Positions 27,301 through 41,363 of a DNA stretch of 64,000 bases are shown piece after piece. Below the pieces are notes generated by a model. That model did not search any database. It was not told the origin of the DNA and saw only the letters and a program-made list of their open reading frames with translations. Made by a program: the position numbers and the translations under genes. Source of the DNA: Diadema antillarum (Eukaryota). Position 1 is the stretch's first letter; every line of letters begins with the position of its first letter. The stretch covers positions 434,001 through 498,000 of the forward strand of contig NW_027271881.1 in NCBI RefSeq assembly GCF_040938485.1, in the 5' to 3' direction.

Positions 27301-28856
27301 TAATGAAAATGAATGATAATGATTATTAGTATTATCATTACAATAATGATTATATCAATATTGCTATAATTATTCTAAAATATATCATAATCATACTACG
27401 TTGTATATTAAATCCTGATATAAAACTTTCAACATGGAATGGAAGACAGTACGTCTCTAGCTTGAGCAACACAATGCTCCTTGTTGCACACAGGTTTAAA
27501 AGAAAAAAAAACATGTCCTATATATAGGCCCGAAGAACTCGTTCGTTGTGCTCGCTGGCAATTCGTACGTTAAGACCATATTCAGACGTACAGGTACCCT
27601 GATATATTATGATAAAAGTATTTTAGATACATTCTCCCACAGGATTTTTTCGGGGGAGAGATTGGAGTGGGCAAAACTTTGTCCCTTGATGTATTCTGGA
27701 ATCCATAATTGGGTCAATAATCATCTTTTCCGAACGATTTTCAAAAGTTGCTGGCTTTGTTCGTTTCTATACACAGCTGAAAATTTTGTTGGGACATGCT
27801 CGCGACAATTAGGTTAGTGAATTGCCATCTGGCCCATTGATTCTCCAAATAATATAACAGCAAAGCCCGAAATGGTTTACTTTGGTGACTTCAAAATATA
27901 TTCATTTATTTTTTCTCCTGATTTGCTCGCATTCTTGTTTCGCCAACCATTCATTTGTCGACACGACAGCTTTGCAGTATACTACGTATCTTAATACTGA
28001 AATGATAGGGGACGCAGAATAAGTGGCAAACGCAAAACAAAATTTTCAGACTGACGAAAATTCTGCCAATTTGTTTGTCTGTTAGTCTGTATAATGAAAG
28101 GATACAGGACTACATTTTTAGGCAACGTCAGAGATGGTCCGCTGGAAGAAACGAATATAAACGGTGATGCATTCGTTGCACACTTGTACAGGAATGACCT
28201 GTCTTGTAGGTCTTCTCTTTCCAAGCATTTTCTCACTCTGCTCGATCGCCTCCTGCTCACACGTGTCGACCATCTTTCCTTTTCTGCTATCTTCAAACCT
28301 TAAAATTTTAAGCGCTCAGGGAGGTGGACGAGAGACACTTCCACCTCCCTGGGACATTATGTCATATAAATGCATATAAAGTACTGTATTCTGGCATCCA
28401 ACTACACAATGCGTGACAGTGAGACTGATATAAACCCCTCCAAAAACCATTGTAGAGTAGAGAGCTCTTATATTTCGTGCCAAAGTAGACAAGGCCATTT
28501 CAATGTCTATAGATCCATTCACTGTCTCTTAACTAACTGCGTCCTTTCGAGGGAGTCGTAAGCAGCGACTTGATAACATGAGCGTGAAAACAATTTGGTC
28601 ACTTTACACGCTCAATCTTGGAGATACAAAGTACACTCTACATCTGCGATCAGGATGTCGTGTTAGCCCGCTCGCTGTGACTGTGCACGTCCACAAATTA
28701 TTGCGAGCTGCCTTTGCAAAAGGCTATTGTCGGGTATATCATATACCTGAACAATAATTGTATTGTTTACGGACGTCACTGATATTGTTTGAAGTGAAAG
28801 CTGGCCAAGATCATTACATGATCGTCTCAGGTTTTCCCTCTTCCTCTTCCTTGTCC

Positions 28857-29262
28857 TTAAAGGGATGGTATAGTTTTGGTTGAGATATGGGCTTCACATG
28901 TTTCCAACTGTTGTGTACTGTGAGATAATGTGAAACCTTTTATAAAATACCAAAGATCATATACTGCTAAGAGAAATTCAAAGTTGATTTTATGAGAATT
29001 GGTTTTGAAATGACTGAGATATCGCAAACTGTTGGGCCCTAATAAAATATGGTACCGAACTTTTATTTTGAAAGACCGCTTTGTTTTACTTTGTTTTTGC
29101 ATACCTCAGCCATTTAAAACACAATTTTCATTAAAAAGGCCTAAACCTTGAATTCCTATTTAGAATGGCATGCTCTGTCCTATTTTACAAGTGGTTTTTT
29201 GGTATCTTACAAAAAGTTAAAAGCCCATCCTCATCTCCGCCAATACGATGCCATCCCTTTAA
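28857..29262. mobile_element. TTAA-flanked non-autonomous transposon (Kolobok-like)
   Basis: TTAAAGGGAT...ATCCCTTTAA termini; internal similarity to the 9163 and 50425 copies. Confidence 0.8.
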
Positions 29263-29285
29263 ACACCAAGGATTTAACAGATCTG

Positions 29286-29462
29286 GGTCCCGTTGCTAGA
29301 AACTTTGCGTTTAAACGCAACTTGCAACTGATTGTCACCGGCCAATCAAAATCATTGTTGCATGCATGTCTTCTTAATAGGGCAGACCCTTAGCCAATCA
29401 GAATGGTTGTTTCAAAATTAGCAATTATTTGCAATTGATTGCAACTTTCTTGCAACGGGGCC
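29286..29462. mobile_element. Harbinger-like MITE with CTG TSD
   Basis: CTG|GGTCCCGTTGCTAGAAA...TTTCTTGCAACGGGGCC|CTG; CWG target duplication is typical of animal Harbingers. Confidence 0.7.
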
Positions 29463-30054
29463 CTGTTTAAGTTCATGTTGATATAATTATGATTTGGACA
29501 CATTTAATCATTTCTGCATCTGCTTTCAAAATGTCCCATTTTGATTTTATTTTCTTACTCTCTTAACTATGATTCCCTAACACGTATAGTGGACCATGAT
29601 TATATTTCGAAAATCATGAATTGTTATGTAATGGCAACTATTTAGTGTTTGATTATATGCGCAAGTCTTCACAACCTTATCAGTATTATCGTCCTCCGTG
29701 TGCTGTACTAGAAACCTTTGCTACGTAAAACCTTCCATATTGCATATGCCTTTGCTATTCATTAATTTTGTATTAAAAGGTGCACTTTGCATCAAATATT
29801 TACTACTCCCTTGTGTCCCTTATCATTCTCTGTGTGAGTGTTTCAGTTTCAGTTTGGGAAGTACGCAGTTTTACACACCAACATCATGTGTTTGTATGTA
29901 ATGTCTGTGTCTCCCTCCTCTCTCTCTACTATACAGTGGAGTCCTGTTATAACGAAGTTCTCGGGACCGACAATTTTCTTTTGTTATAGCAAAAATGTTG
30001 TTATAACCAAACAAATAAACAACAAAGAACAAAGAGCAGATAATATTGCACTAC

Positions 30055-30057
<3 letters not shown>

Positions 30058-30089
<32 letters not shown>
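30058..30089 (+). repeat. (GT)n microsatellite
   Basis: Direct reading. Confidence 0.9.
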
Positions 30090-30092
<3 letters not shown>

Positions 30093-33000
30093 AAACTACA
30101 TGGCAAGATGTGAGACAATGACATCATTGTAAGCAATGTATATATATATATATATATATGATTTATATATAATTATATATACACACATGTATTCATATGC
30201 GTGTGTGTTTGTGTGTGTGTAAGCAAATTGTATACTTCCCATATACACATTGAGGATATGATTGGGTTCAGAAGTGATACACACTAAACATTACTGTGGA
30301 AGCATCAATGACACTTTCCCATCTTAGAAAGTATGCAAACGATCTCTGCACTCAACTTCCGTAATAAAGATATAGTCAGACATTGATATCACATTTACTG
30401 TCATTTAATCTATGACTAAGGTAGCATTCGCACATTGATATGACAATGCATTGTAAATACATTATGAATACTTGCATTTATATGAACAGCTGTACATAAA
30501 GGAATAACAGGTAAAATATCATGCTCGATCATTGCACATTAATACAAGGACCTATAGCTCACAGCTTACAACAGGACTGTACATGTCCACAGCACGAACA
30601 CTTCTGCAACCCATTGCTGAGCTCAGGCAGTACAATGCAAATGCCATCCACTTGCTCATCTCCTACAACATTAATTGTTATTATTTTACACCTCTAAACA
30701 AAAGAGCAGGAGAGGTCTTCTATAGTACACCACACTTGTGAGTCCCATACTTGTATATCTATGACAGTAGGGCCTACAACTAATTTCTACCATCTGCATT
30801 GATTTTTCACAATTTGGCTGAATACTTTTTTTTGTTCTGTTTGACATCTGAAATATATGAATTGCCAACCACGACTAATGGAACTAGACCAGTCTCTCTT
30901 GTGAGGGCCTTGCATTACCAAAACATTTTTTCTTTTTTAAGTAAAGCATTTAGGGTCTAAATGACAACAATGGACAAATCCTAATACCAGTAGTAGTACT
31001 TGATTAAAATTCTACAATCCCATGAATACAAATATCACTCCATGAAGATATAACAACATTGCATCGGTATCAAGACAATGTTATGTGCTACCAAACTTGT
31101 GGTTTTGTTCACATTAATTTCCCTGAGCATCATTCAAAATGTTCACACTTGGAATGCAGATTAGCGACTTGCAAAAAAAAAAAAAAAAGTGCTCACTTCA
31201 TATAAAAAGTGAAAAGGAAATATGCACCTGGTTTACGTGCTGATGAGAACTTTTACGAAGCAAGGCATTCAGAGTTCAAGGTTATATCAATGATTTTAAC
31301 TGTACTGACAATATTTTTTAAAGAAGCTGATTAATACATGATACACTTAATAGAAAATAGTGATTTCCTCTTTCTCTTTTCCTGAAAGTATGGAAGGAGC
31401 CCTGATACGTTCGTAAAAATAGAAAGAGCGGAAGGAGACAAGGTCACACTTACAATATTTATACCATGCAACTTCACACTTTTCAGGAAGTATTTTCGCA
31501 TGGAAGTGTACTTTGATTACAGCCAAGTTCCTTTGAAAAACAGATGGCCTTCACATTATAACCATTTAAGAATAGAAGCAGAGCACAAGAATGTATGTGG
31601 AGGGCGGGGAAATGGGAGGGGGAGGGGCAGAATGATTTTGAAAATGAGAGGGACTAGAAAGAGAAGACTTAAGAACCTGTAAACTACCAACTCCCAAGTA
31701 CTGTATTTCTATGGACTGCCATCACATGCCAGAACCAGAGTTTGATCTGTGAGATGACTCAATCAAAAATCAAATGTGAGAGAGAAATAACCAAGTCTTT
31801 GATAATATTCTATGATAAGACAACACTCCTCTTTGGCTCCTATCTATGAAAACAGAACAAACAAACAAACAAATGAGATTGAGAGCAAAAATTCCTAAAT
31901 TGATATTTTTCCAGTCTCATCAACAACAATGATATTATCCTATAAAAAGTTTACCTTTTCTGCATGTGGATTTAATGGTAAGGTGTCAACACTTCATACA
32001 TAGATGGGTCATTATCTGGGTACACTCTCTATGAATAAATATACTTTACATTCTCATTTGACAGTACCACAATACCCAAGCGGCTCAATTTAGAAACTGC
32101 ATGAGATCATCTCAATGTTATGTGAAAGACAACTCAGTTAAAATTCAATTCTTCTCTGCTCTAAATATGATAACAGAAACATACAGTAAGAGATACATGT
32201 ATACTTTCTACAACAACTGGCACAGGACTTAACAGCTCTCACAACATGAACATCTCACATTGTCACTGATATATAGGTGTATACACAATTTAAACACCAG
32301 CATTAACAAACTTAATGGTTCTCTCTATATGACTAGAATGCATGCTTACAGTCAAACAGTGACTTATTAGTATTCATACAGAGCAAATGAATGTTTGGAG
32401 ATTGACACCATTCTTATAATGCTTCCCCCTTGGTCTACGACAGTAAGACATGACAATCTTGTCTGCAGCTCCTTCCTATGCTGTACATATTAGGGTTGAA
32501 CATACACAGTCTCCACATGACAGCTACACAAAACACACAGTTTTTGGAGAAAATCTATATGCTGTTTTTGTTTTGTTTTGTGTTGTTGTTTTTTTGTTTC
32601 ATCACGACAAAGCTTTAAGCTTAAATATACATTATCAACTTCACATAAAATCCCTGCATGTGACACATCTATGTAAAGCACACATAAGGCCTTGTAAGGT
32701 TAGCAAACTCTGTATGTTCATGAGACCTCTGGCAGTAATTCTCACAGGAGATTTTTCATACAAGATGTAAGATTGCATCTATCAAGTATGTCCTACTGTA
32801 TATGTGATATTCTTCCGCCTGACATATGTACGCAAATCTAGATGCGAAAAATGACATATAGCGGACACTACCTAACATGCTCTTACACCTGTTCATAAGA
32901 TTTAACACACAGGTGCACTACACTCCATGGTAGGAGTATGATTGTCCAAATTCAGAGAAATACAATGACAGAGAGAATATGCTACAATGCTCATCTCCAA

Positions 33001-33437
33001 CTACACTGAACAAAACACTTTCATATTTATGTACAAAGTTATAACTTCTAACAACACATATATTTACACATATACAGAAGAAAATGTACACGTACATATC
33101 AGTAAAATGATAACAGGTCTTCAACATTCAGCCTCTGAATAACATTCAATCAATAACCAATTACCAATATACCAACTGAATTATAAATATTCTCTCTTTT
33201 TAGATGGGACTACCTATAAAACTTGCTGTCATGATTTCAGTACGGAGCGATCTGTAGCCTTGTCTCATCTTTCTATCAGAATAGTGCAAAATTCACTTTC
33301 TGCAATCCTTATGCCAGAAAAGTGGGTCTCTCAGTCATGTCTGACTTTGCATACTGTCTGTAATATAACCTTGACTGCACTACACTGTAGCAGCTTCCAA
33401 GAGTTCCTTCCCACACTCTGAGCTTTGGCATTTCAAT

Positions 33438-36400
33438 TTAATAGACCTCAGTGCGAACAACTTTCTTCCTCATTGGAGAGAGAGAACGAGCTCCCACTGA
33501 TCGGCTGGGCCTGGTGTTGCCAAGCAACGTGGATGCCTCCTGGTATCCCTGCTGGAACCCCCGCTCCATCTCACTCAGCGTATTCTCCACCCCCATACTG
33601 GTGATGGCGTGAGAGTGGTGGGCCTGGATCAGCTTCTCGAGGCGAGCGATGATCTCGTAGTCGGGCACAGCCAGGACCCCGACGTCCATCCCCAGCATGC
33701 GGGCGATGACCTGGCGGAAGTCGGCCAGCTGGTGCTCGCGGCGCTGGATGTCGCCCAGGAGGACCTTGGTGGTGTTGAGCTCGTCGCTCAGGGCCGTCAG
33801 GGAGTGGGTGGTGCGCACCTTGCTCTCACTGGCCTCATGCTCAGTGAAGTCCAGCTCCTGCTTCATCCCGGCCAGCTTGCGGGCCTGCTTCTCCTTGATC
33901 TTCTCCAGCTTTTCCACCACCTTCTGCAGCTCTTCAATGGTGGCATTCTGGTGCAGCGATGTCAGCTGGGAATGACAAATGATAAAATTTGTATGATTAC
34001 ATGACAATTTGCAGTGGTGAAAACCCATAGATCTCTTTTCAAGAGGATCATTCTCTAATTGCAAACAAAGACTTCCAAATAGTTAACATAGATTCAACTC
34101 CTTTTGGCACAAAAGAGGCGCTGTAAAGTCAATACAATCATGCCATTATTGTTGATTCATCACTACATTTATGTACCTGGAGATGTTCTAATATGCGCAT
34201 ATACACAATCTGACTCTGCAGGTAACATATGCTGTAGGTGTGTTGTATTGATATACTGGAAACTCTTGCCATAATTTTTTTGCTGCTTGATAATCTACTC
34301 TCTTACATATCACATTGACAAGCAACCTACCTTGATATTACTAACGTCCATCATCTCTGCCTTGAGTTCCACCACCAGCCGCTTGGCATTGGCCAGCTGA
34401 CCCCGCAGCCGTTCATTCTCCTTGACCAGCTTGCGCTGGCTCCACTCCACATCATCCCTCTCCTTCTGGAGGGCAGAGCGCCCCGCCACGCCCTCCTCCA
34501 AAGAGGCGATTTTCTTGCGCATCAGGTCGAGGTGGAGGTCTTTGCTCTCCAGCTGCTGTTTCAGGGTCTTGACCTTACGCTGGAGCGCGTACAGGTGGGT
34601 GTTCTTGTCCGCCACCAGCCCGCCCTCGTGGTTGGCTAGCTGCTCTGCTCTGGACAGCAGCGTCTCCCCTGTCATGTCAAAGCCAACGTCGCGACAGATG
34701 GTGTCGACATTCATCACGTTGGCGAGCTTCTCCAGGAAGGCCATGTACTGCAGGAGATCACATGATTGGAATAAAAGTCAATTAGTGAACATTACACAAG
34801 AATATCGTGGCATTATTGCAGTCATCTTTAGCGGTGTAAGCCCTCTATCACTGTAACTATCAATACAGAAATCTCACAGTTTTATGAATGCATTTCAGAG
34901 GCTTACATCAGCTATTCATGTTGAGAAAGTAGCACTACTCTTAAAGCATTGCTGACAGTAGCCTTAGGATAGCAGCTGCAGTGTTAACTGCCTATTTTTG
35001 CTTTAGCCAATTCAGATATTTGGTGTTTAAATTGTTGTCAGAAAATGAAAATGCATTTCAATGGTACTATAAGTCATTTATAGTCTACTGCAGAAATCCT
35101 GCTGTAAAGATTGGTTGACTAATAATTCAGTACAATCGATCTTAATTGCAATTCTCTAAAGATAATGTTTGTTGTGTGGCTAAATTACTGGTGTCACCTC
35201 CATGATGGTGTACTATGTTATTTGGGAAAATTATGACACTTGCATTTCATCTCCTTTAAAGAGACAGGATAAAAGATGAGTAAATTATAACATTGCATCA
35301 ACAATGTCATGGCAATGTCATAAATGGTAGATGCTCCACAAATTGATTGCAGGAGATTGTAGGCCTATCAGAAACAAAAGATAGTCAACTGATCTGTAAA
35401 AACACAGAACCAAACAAAATAATGACACTCTGGATTGTCTGATTACTGAAATGGCCATACATGAGCATAATAGGAGGATTGGTGGTAGTAGTGGTGGTTG
35501 TGAAGGGGGGGGGGATGGAAATCAAAGTAAGCTGTCTCACCTTCTGCCTCTCCAGCCGCAAACTTTCCCTCAGGACATCACTGGAAGCCAGACCATCTTC
35601 CAGCTCCTTGAGTCTGACCTGGGAGGAGCCGATCTGGTTCTCGGCCTCCCTGGCCCGCCGGATGGCTGCCTGGTGCAGGTTGGCCTGACTCTCCAGCTGC
35701 TCAGAAAGATGCTTCACCTTCCTCTCCAGGTTCTCCACAAGCTGTACAGAAAAGAGAAAGTGATGTGCGGTTCAGAACATTTGTAACTGGTGTATTTTTC
35801 CTGATTATGATTTAGGCAAACCATTTTTAAAAGGATTCTGAAGCTTGAGAGAATGCTGTGCTTCCCATATAATGATTACCATGTACCAGGTACTCAAAAT
35901 ATATATGAAGAAGTGCATCAAACGAAAACATCAGACTCGCCAAATCATAATTGTCACGATTTCAACAAAGTTGACGATAAAGTAGCTGTCATATGATAAT
36001 GTTGAGATAGTTCTTGAATATTTGTTTTGATTATCTGTTCTTCATTGATCATGGCTGAATTGCATTCATTCCTGGTTGGTGTAAGTAAAGGTGCCATATT
36101 GGTATTATTCAGGGGTAGATGTGAAAAGGGTAATGTATTTGACATTATCATCATATTCTCTGAAAAAAAAAAACTGACATATTCTGGCCAGACCAGTGAC
36201 TATGAATTAAACTTTGTACCTTAGCACTCCCATTACATCAAAGCAAAGTACTGTAAAACGAGGAATTTTCGCGTGCACTTTAATTTCGCGAATTTTGTGA
36301 GCGCCAAGATTCGCGAAATTAAAACGCACGCGAAAGTCCTTGTTTACACTATTATGCATTGAACGTCAGTGGCACTTCGCGAAAATTTCATGTCACGAAA

Positions 36401-39400
36401 AAGGCTGCCGGTTCCAATTCGCGAAAAATTCATGCCGCGAATATACCATGTTTTACAGTAGTTAACTACACCTCCTAGTTGCTTTGTGGGACTCCAACTT
36501 ACCGAATCACGATCGGCGCTGGCCATCATGAGTGCTTTCACACGTTCCCTTATGGTGTCATCATGTGTATCACACGGTGCAGCGCCACCCTGGGACAGAA
36601 TCAGTGCCAGGGACTCCTTGAAGGCCTTCAGTTCATTCCTGGCCACCTGGGCATCAAACTGTGTGCTCTTGTAGTCCTGTGACAGCGCTGCCAGGCGAGC
36701 CTCCCGCTCCTCGAATTCCTGCCGCCTGGACGAAAGGGCATTCTTGTGCGCCTCCATGCGCTCCTTCAGTGCCTTGTTCTCACTGAACAGACGATCACGC
36801 TCTCTGTACGCTACGTCCCGCTCCTAGGCATTCCAAAATTGACAACAGCGAGAAGGTTCAGTAGATATTCATGACTTACATAAAATAAGAGATTCAGGCT
36901 TCTACCAACCTTTAGTGATTTGCTGGCTAGTTTATATAAAGTGCTACTTCAAACTGTACACCAGTCTGTTTTCTTTAATATCTACAAATCCATTTAACAT
37001 AAATACACTCATGAACTAGAGTACAACAGTATACAATTATATCAAATGTGATCTTTTCTAACTTTTTTTTTTTTAAAGCAAGACACGAGAGAGACACACA
37101 CTGCAGTAAAAAAAGGTTCACAAGAAGAAATAAGTGGCCAATTTGCTATCACAGTCTTACCAGCTTCATCTTCTCCACCGATGTGGCATTGGCCAGGTAT
37201 GTCTTCTGCTCCCTTTCTATTTCGCCGACCAGCCGCTGAATGGTCTCCCGGCTAGCCTTGGACTCCAGCTCGCTGCTGTTGAGGGTCTCGGTCAGGGCAG
37301 ACAGTTTTCCTCGCAGCATCAAGTTTTCCTGGCCAAGTTCTTTCATCTGTACAGGTGTGCAGTAAAAAAAAAATTTAATGGTCAGTTTGCTTGCTCCTAC
37401 TATGTGAAGATAGGAACTTGTACAATTGACACCAAAAAAGGAGACACAGTCTATGGTATGTAAGATAGAATGCACCAATGTAAAAGCTAAATCCCCACTT
37501 TATCTGTACATTGCACTGAACATTGTACAGTAGTACATAACAAGTAAGATATAATTATGAAGTGAGGCATAGCAGCTCTAATCTTGCAAATTTTGTATAA
37601 TCTTATCATGTCATGTGTAACATGCACAAAGGCCTTGTGTATGGCAAGAAATAAAGCACAACATATTCATTGTATGTATGACTATATTATGTATGTATGT
37701 ATTTCTGATATAAGTACAAAAAAAAAATTAGGTGATATCCTTTTCATTTACCTATACATCAAGCATTCATTTGCTGTTAACCTCCCACCATCATCATTAC
37801 GAGAGAAGATATAGTATACATTTTCATGACCTTTTTACCCAGTAATAATCATTTTTCAACCTTATTAGAGGATATTTTGAAAACGAAATGTTTATGAGGC
37901 CTGGCATTTCCTCATCAATGTCACTCGGACAGCGATAATTCATTACCATGTCCTCTACAAAGGGAGGGGGAGTTTAAGATGTGGACTTGACAGATCACGA
38001 ACCTTTTCGAGAATGCGATCCGGAGAATCATCTTCTAGCTTCATGATGTCCCTGAGCTGCAGGAAGACCTGGTCGAAGCGTCGCAGGCGCACCCCGGACT
38101 TCTGCTCCAACTCCTCCCTCTCCATGGTGAGGTCACGGATGCGGGCCTCCAGCTCCAGGATGCGCTCCTGCTGCTCCTTGGACTCCTTCTGGAGGGCAGT
38201 GATGGCATACTCCCCTCGGGCGTGGACCCCCTCCAGCACCCCGCTCTGATTCTCCAGGTCCGCGATGCGGCCCTGCAGGGACTGGACGAGGACCAGGTGC
38301 CCGGCTGCCTCACTCTTGTACTGCTCCGACTGAGCGGCTAGCTCCTTCACCTGCAAGTCGCGGGCGGCAACCTTGGCATGGCTTTCAGCAAGCTGTGTGT
38401 GTGGTTGAGGAGATCACAATTATGAAAGATTACCCCTGCCATTCCTCCATCTCTTTCTCAACTTCTTCACTTCTTCCTCTTTTACTTCATCTGTACATAG
38501 CTCTCTACATCTGTCTCTCCTCTTTTTTTTTCTTTCCATGAGCATCTGAGTGTATATCTGTCCATTAATCACAGGACCTCTATCTCTAACATGTTAATAC
38601 TATGTGGAAGGAAGTAATCGCTAGCCGATATTTTCCCATATTACCTAGTTTCAATCGCATATACAATGTATGCAAATATAATATCTGAAGCATATTATAC
38701 AGTCAATACATCAGTGTACGAATATGTTTAGCTATTAGTAAGATGATCTATTTTTCAAATTCTGACAAAAGGCTGCATCAAACTATGCCATATTTGCTTA
38801 ATCTATCTTCTAAAGCGTACCAGGCATTTGACTAGTCCGTTTACACACATACCTCGGTTTCGAGTTGTTCGTTTTTAAGGACCACAAGAGCAAGGTCCCT
38901 CTTGGATGCTGCATCACTTTGCAGCTTGAGTTGTGTAAGTTTGGCGGACAGTGCTGCATCTGTGTGCAGACGAGACGGCTGCATAGAGAATGAAGGAGAT
39001 GGGCAGAAGTTAGCAAAGGAAAAACCAGTGGAATGGTGACATCTATGTCAGAGTTACCTCTAATATAAAACAACAGAGCATTCACAACATTATTCACCAG
39101 TCATGGACATTGGTACATATCAGACTATTTCTGCACTTGCACTCAAACACAAACATTATGTTTCTTTGTATTCTCTATCAGGAATACAGTTGAACACACA
39201 GCAAAATGTATTTAAAAGTGAAGACAGACAACAATGACATTACAATTTACAATGTACAGTAAATGTATTGCAAAATATAGCTCTTGAAATAATTCAATCT
39301 TACCTTTTCCTCAAAAGCCACATGCTTTCTGTGCAATAAGATGTCGCCCCTGGAAATAAAGCCAAAAAAAAGGAGTAATAGTTAGTATCATTCATTTCCC

Positions 39401-41163
39401 TCTCTGTTGTGACTAATGATAGGATAATGTATCTATAAATATAGCACTCATAAAATTCAGAGTTTTTCTTCGCCATCACTATGTACATGATGGTCACATA
39501 CATTCAGAAAATATACACTGTATTTTCCCGCTTGCAGAATATATGGTTTCAAGTGAATCTATTATTCAATTCTTAAGGCTGTATCACAGTAGAATAATTT
39601 ACAAGGGGGAACCATAAGGTCTGTTTAATGAGAAAAGAAAATCAGCCTGAATGTAAACACTTGTTTTTGGATACGTGAAATTACCAAGTGCTTTACCATC
39701 ATGGCTCACATTTGATCGATGTAAACAATAAAATACTGCTGTTGCTACTGTGTTTTCAACTGTTCCATATCTTGTCTTGTCATCTGTCATTACCTTCCTT
39801 CTGTTGGCAGGGCACTAAATCATGGATTATGAGGAATATACAGTATGCAACAGTATTTACGTCAAGATGTGTAAAGCAATACTTTACCTTGATAAGTCCT
39901 GAATGAGTTTGTCTTTCTTCTCACTGTCTGCCTTGTACAGTTTCACCTGCTCTTGCAACTGAAATACAACAGGGAGAAAAATTTATTTTGACATTTTAAT
40001 ATATCTGGTTTAAAGTCCATCACATGGAATGTAAAAAAACCAAAAACAAAATATAAACAAATTATTGTACGAACGATCATGGCAAATTTTTTGAGGTTAC
40101 ATAAATGTGTGTAAAGAAATACAGACTTAATATTGAATTCTGCAGAGCAGAGAAAACCCTGCCCCAAATTGAGAGGCATGGCCCAATCAAGATTTAAAAC
40201 ATCTTCAGCAATAATAAATAATTTTCCCAAGATGTATTCCTTGACTTCTGAAAATATACATTACAGATAATAGGATGCCCACTCTTCACACAGATTGCAA
40301 AGACACCAACCACAAAACGCTACATTTAACTTCAAACAATACATACAGTGTACATCAATCAATTTCTATCCCTGGATGTACTCTTGACCTTGGATAAAAA
40401 ACAAACAAACATTCCTTTGCAAAGTTAATTTCCATTTAACAAATACATCTACAATGTACAAGATTTTATGGATGTAAATCTGGTGCAGTTGTGGTTAGTG
40501 TAACACATACTGTGTGAAGTGCATTACACTGTAGCTTGCAGCAAATTATAGTTTCTACGATTCAGAGCTGAGATTATGCTCAACATCATTTGATGTGTTT
40601 TCACAATCATTTTCAAGGCATAATGTGCCAGACATTAATCACTACATATGCTTTGTACTCATACTGTGATATTTTGCGAGTATGTCCAGAAGAACACTAT
40701 TTAGAATAGAAATATTTTCAGTGATATACGTAGACACATGACATGAAATACCTCTTCATGATTTTATTCATCTATCCATTCTATCTATCTGCATGTACAC
40801 ATGTATCTTTCTCTCTATAGTGTCTATCTGCCACACGTAATCAATTCCTGAACGGTAAAACACCATCCTTGTTTGTTTTCATGACGAACATGCGGAATTG
40901 TACAATTTTCTATCAAAATTACTATGGAGTAGTACAGTAGAGCTACTTACATCTTGCACGAGTTTCCTGGACTGTAACGGGCTGGCAAAGGGTGAGATAC
41001 CAGTACCGGCAGTGGGGGACGATGCAGCAGGTGCCGACCGATTATGAACTAATCGCTGAATTTCATCGTCTAAAAGTCGTAATTCTGATCCTCTGCTTAG
41101 TCCCGTAGCCGATAATCGGGGAAGACCGTCTTCAAAACGATCCCTGCTATAGTAGGATGCCAT
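33438..41163 (-). CDS. CCDC170: Coiled-coil domain-containing protein 170, 832 aa; exons 41163-40951, 39958-39888, 39349-39304, 38978-38853, 38392-38003, 37346-37161, 36823-36503, 35741-35541, 34747-34331, 33965-33438
   Basis: Ten exons with GT-AG borders and consistent phases total 2499 nt (833 codons). Motifs ELESKASRETIQRLV, VGFDM, LQRKVKTLKQQLESKDLHLDLMRKKI and QLADFRQVIARMLG...PDYEII match remembered vertebrate CCDC170. The three small exons 2-4 are less certain than the rest. Confidence 0.9.
36249..36460. mobile_element. TACTGTAAAA-type MITE in a CCDC170 intron
   Basis: tactgtaaaac...gttttacagta; TTCGCGAA repeats. Confidence 0.8.
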
Positions 41164-41350
41164 ATTTGCAACGTCTTAATGTAAAGAAATAATTATATCT
41201 GGATTCGTGTTCGATCAATACATGCAAAGAACTGCAGAATACATCAGGAATGCTCATATGCAATCGTACATCCCAATGAAGCGAGCTCGCTGCGTGGTAA
41301 ACACTCACAGTACATGCAGCATTGATGGTGCAGGTGTACACAATACAACC

Positions 41351-41363
41351 TTTGCTAGGCAAC
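41351..41363 (-). promoter_or_regulatory. RFX X-box upstream of CCDC170, with forkhead GTAAACA at 41297-41303
   Basis: GTTGCCTAGCAAA on the minus strand, about 190 bp before the ATG. Confidence 0.6.

Noticed and set aside
28118-28298. Protein-like minus-strand segment MVDTCEQEAIEQSEKMLGKRRPTRQVIPVQVCNECITVYIRFFQRTISDVA
   Set aside because: Only 51 aa, weak AAG acceptor, no phase-compatible partner exon, no recognised homology.
33609-38313. Plus-strand and alternate-frame ORFs across CCDC170
   Set aside because: Antisense shadows of coiled-coil exons.
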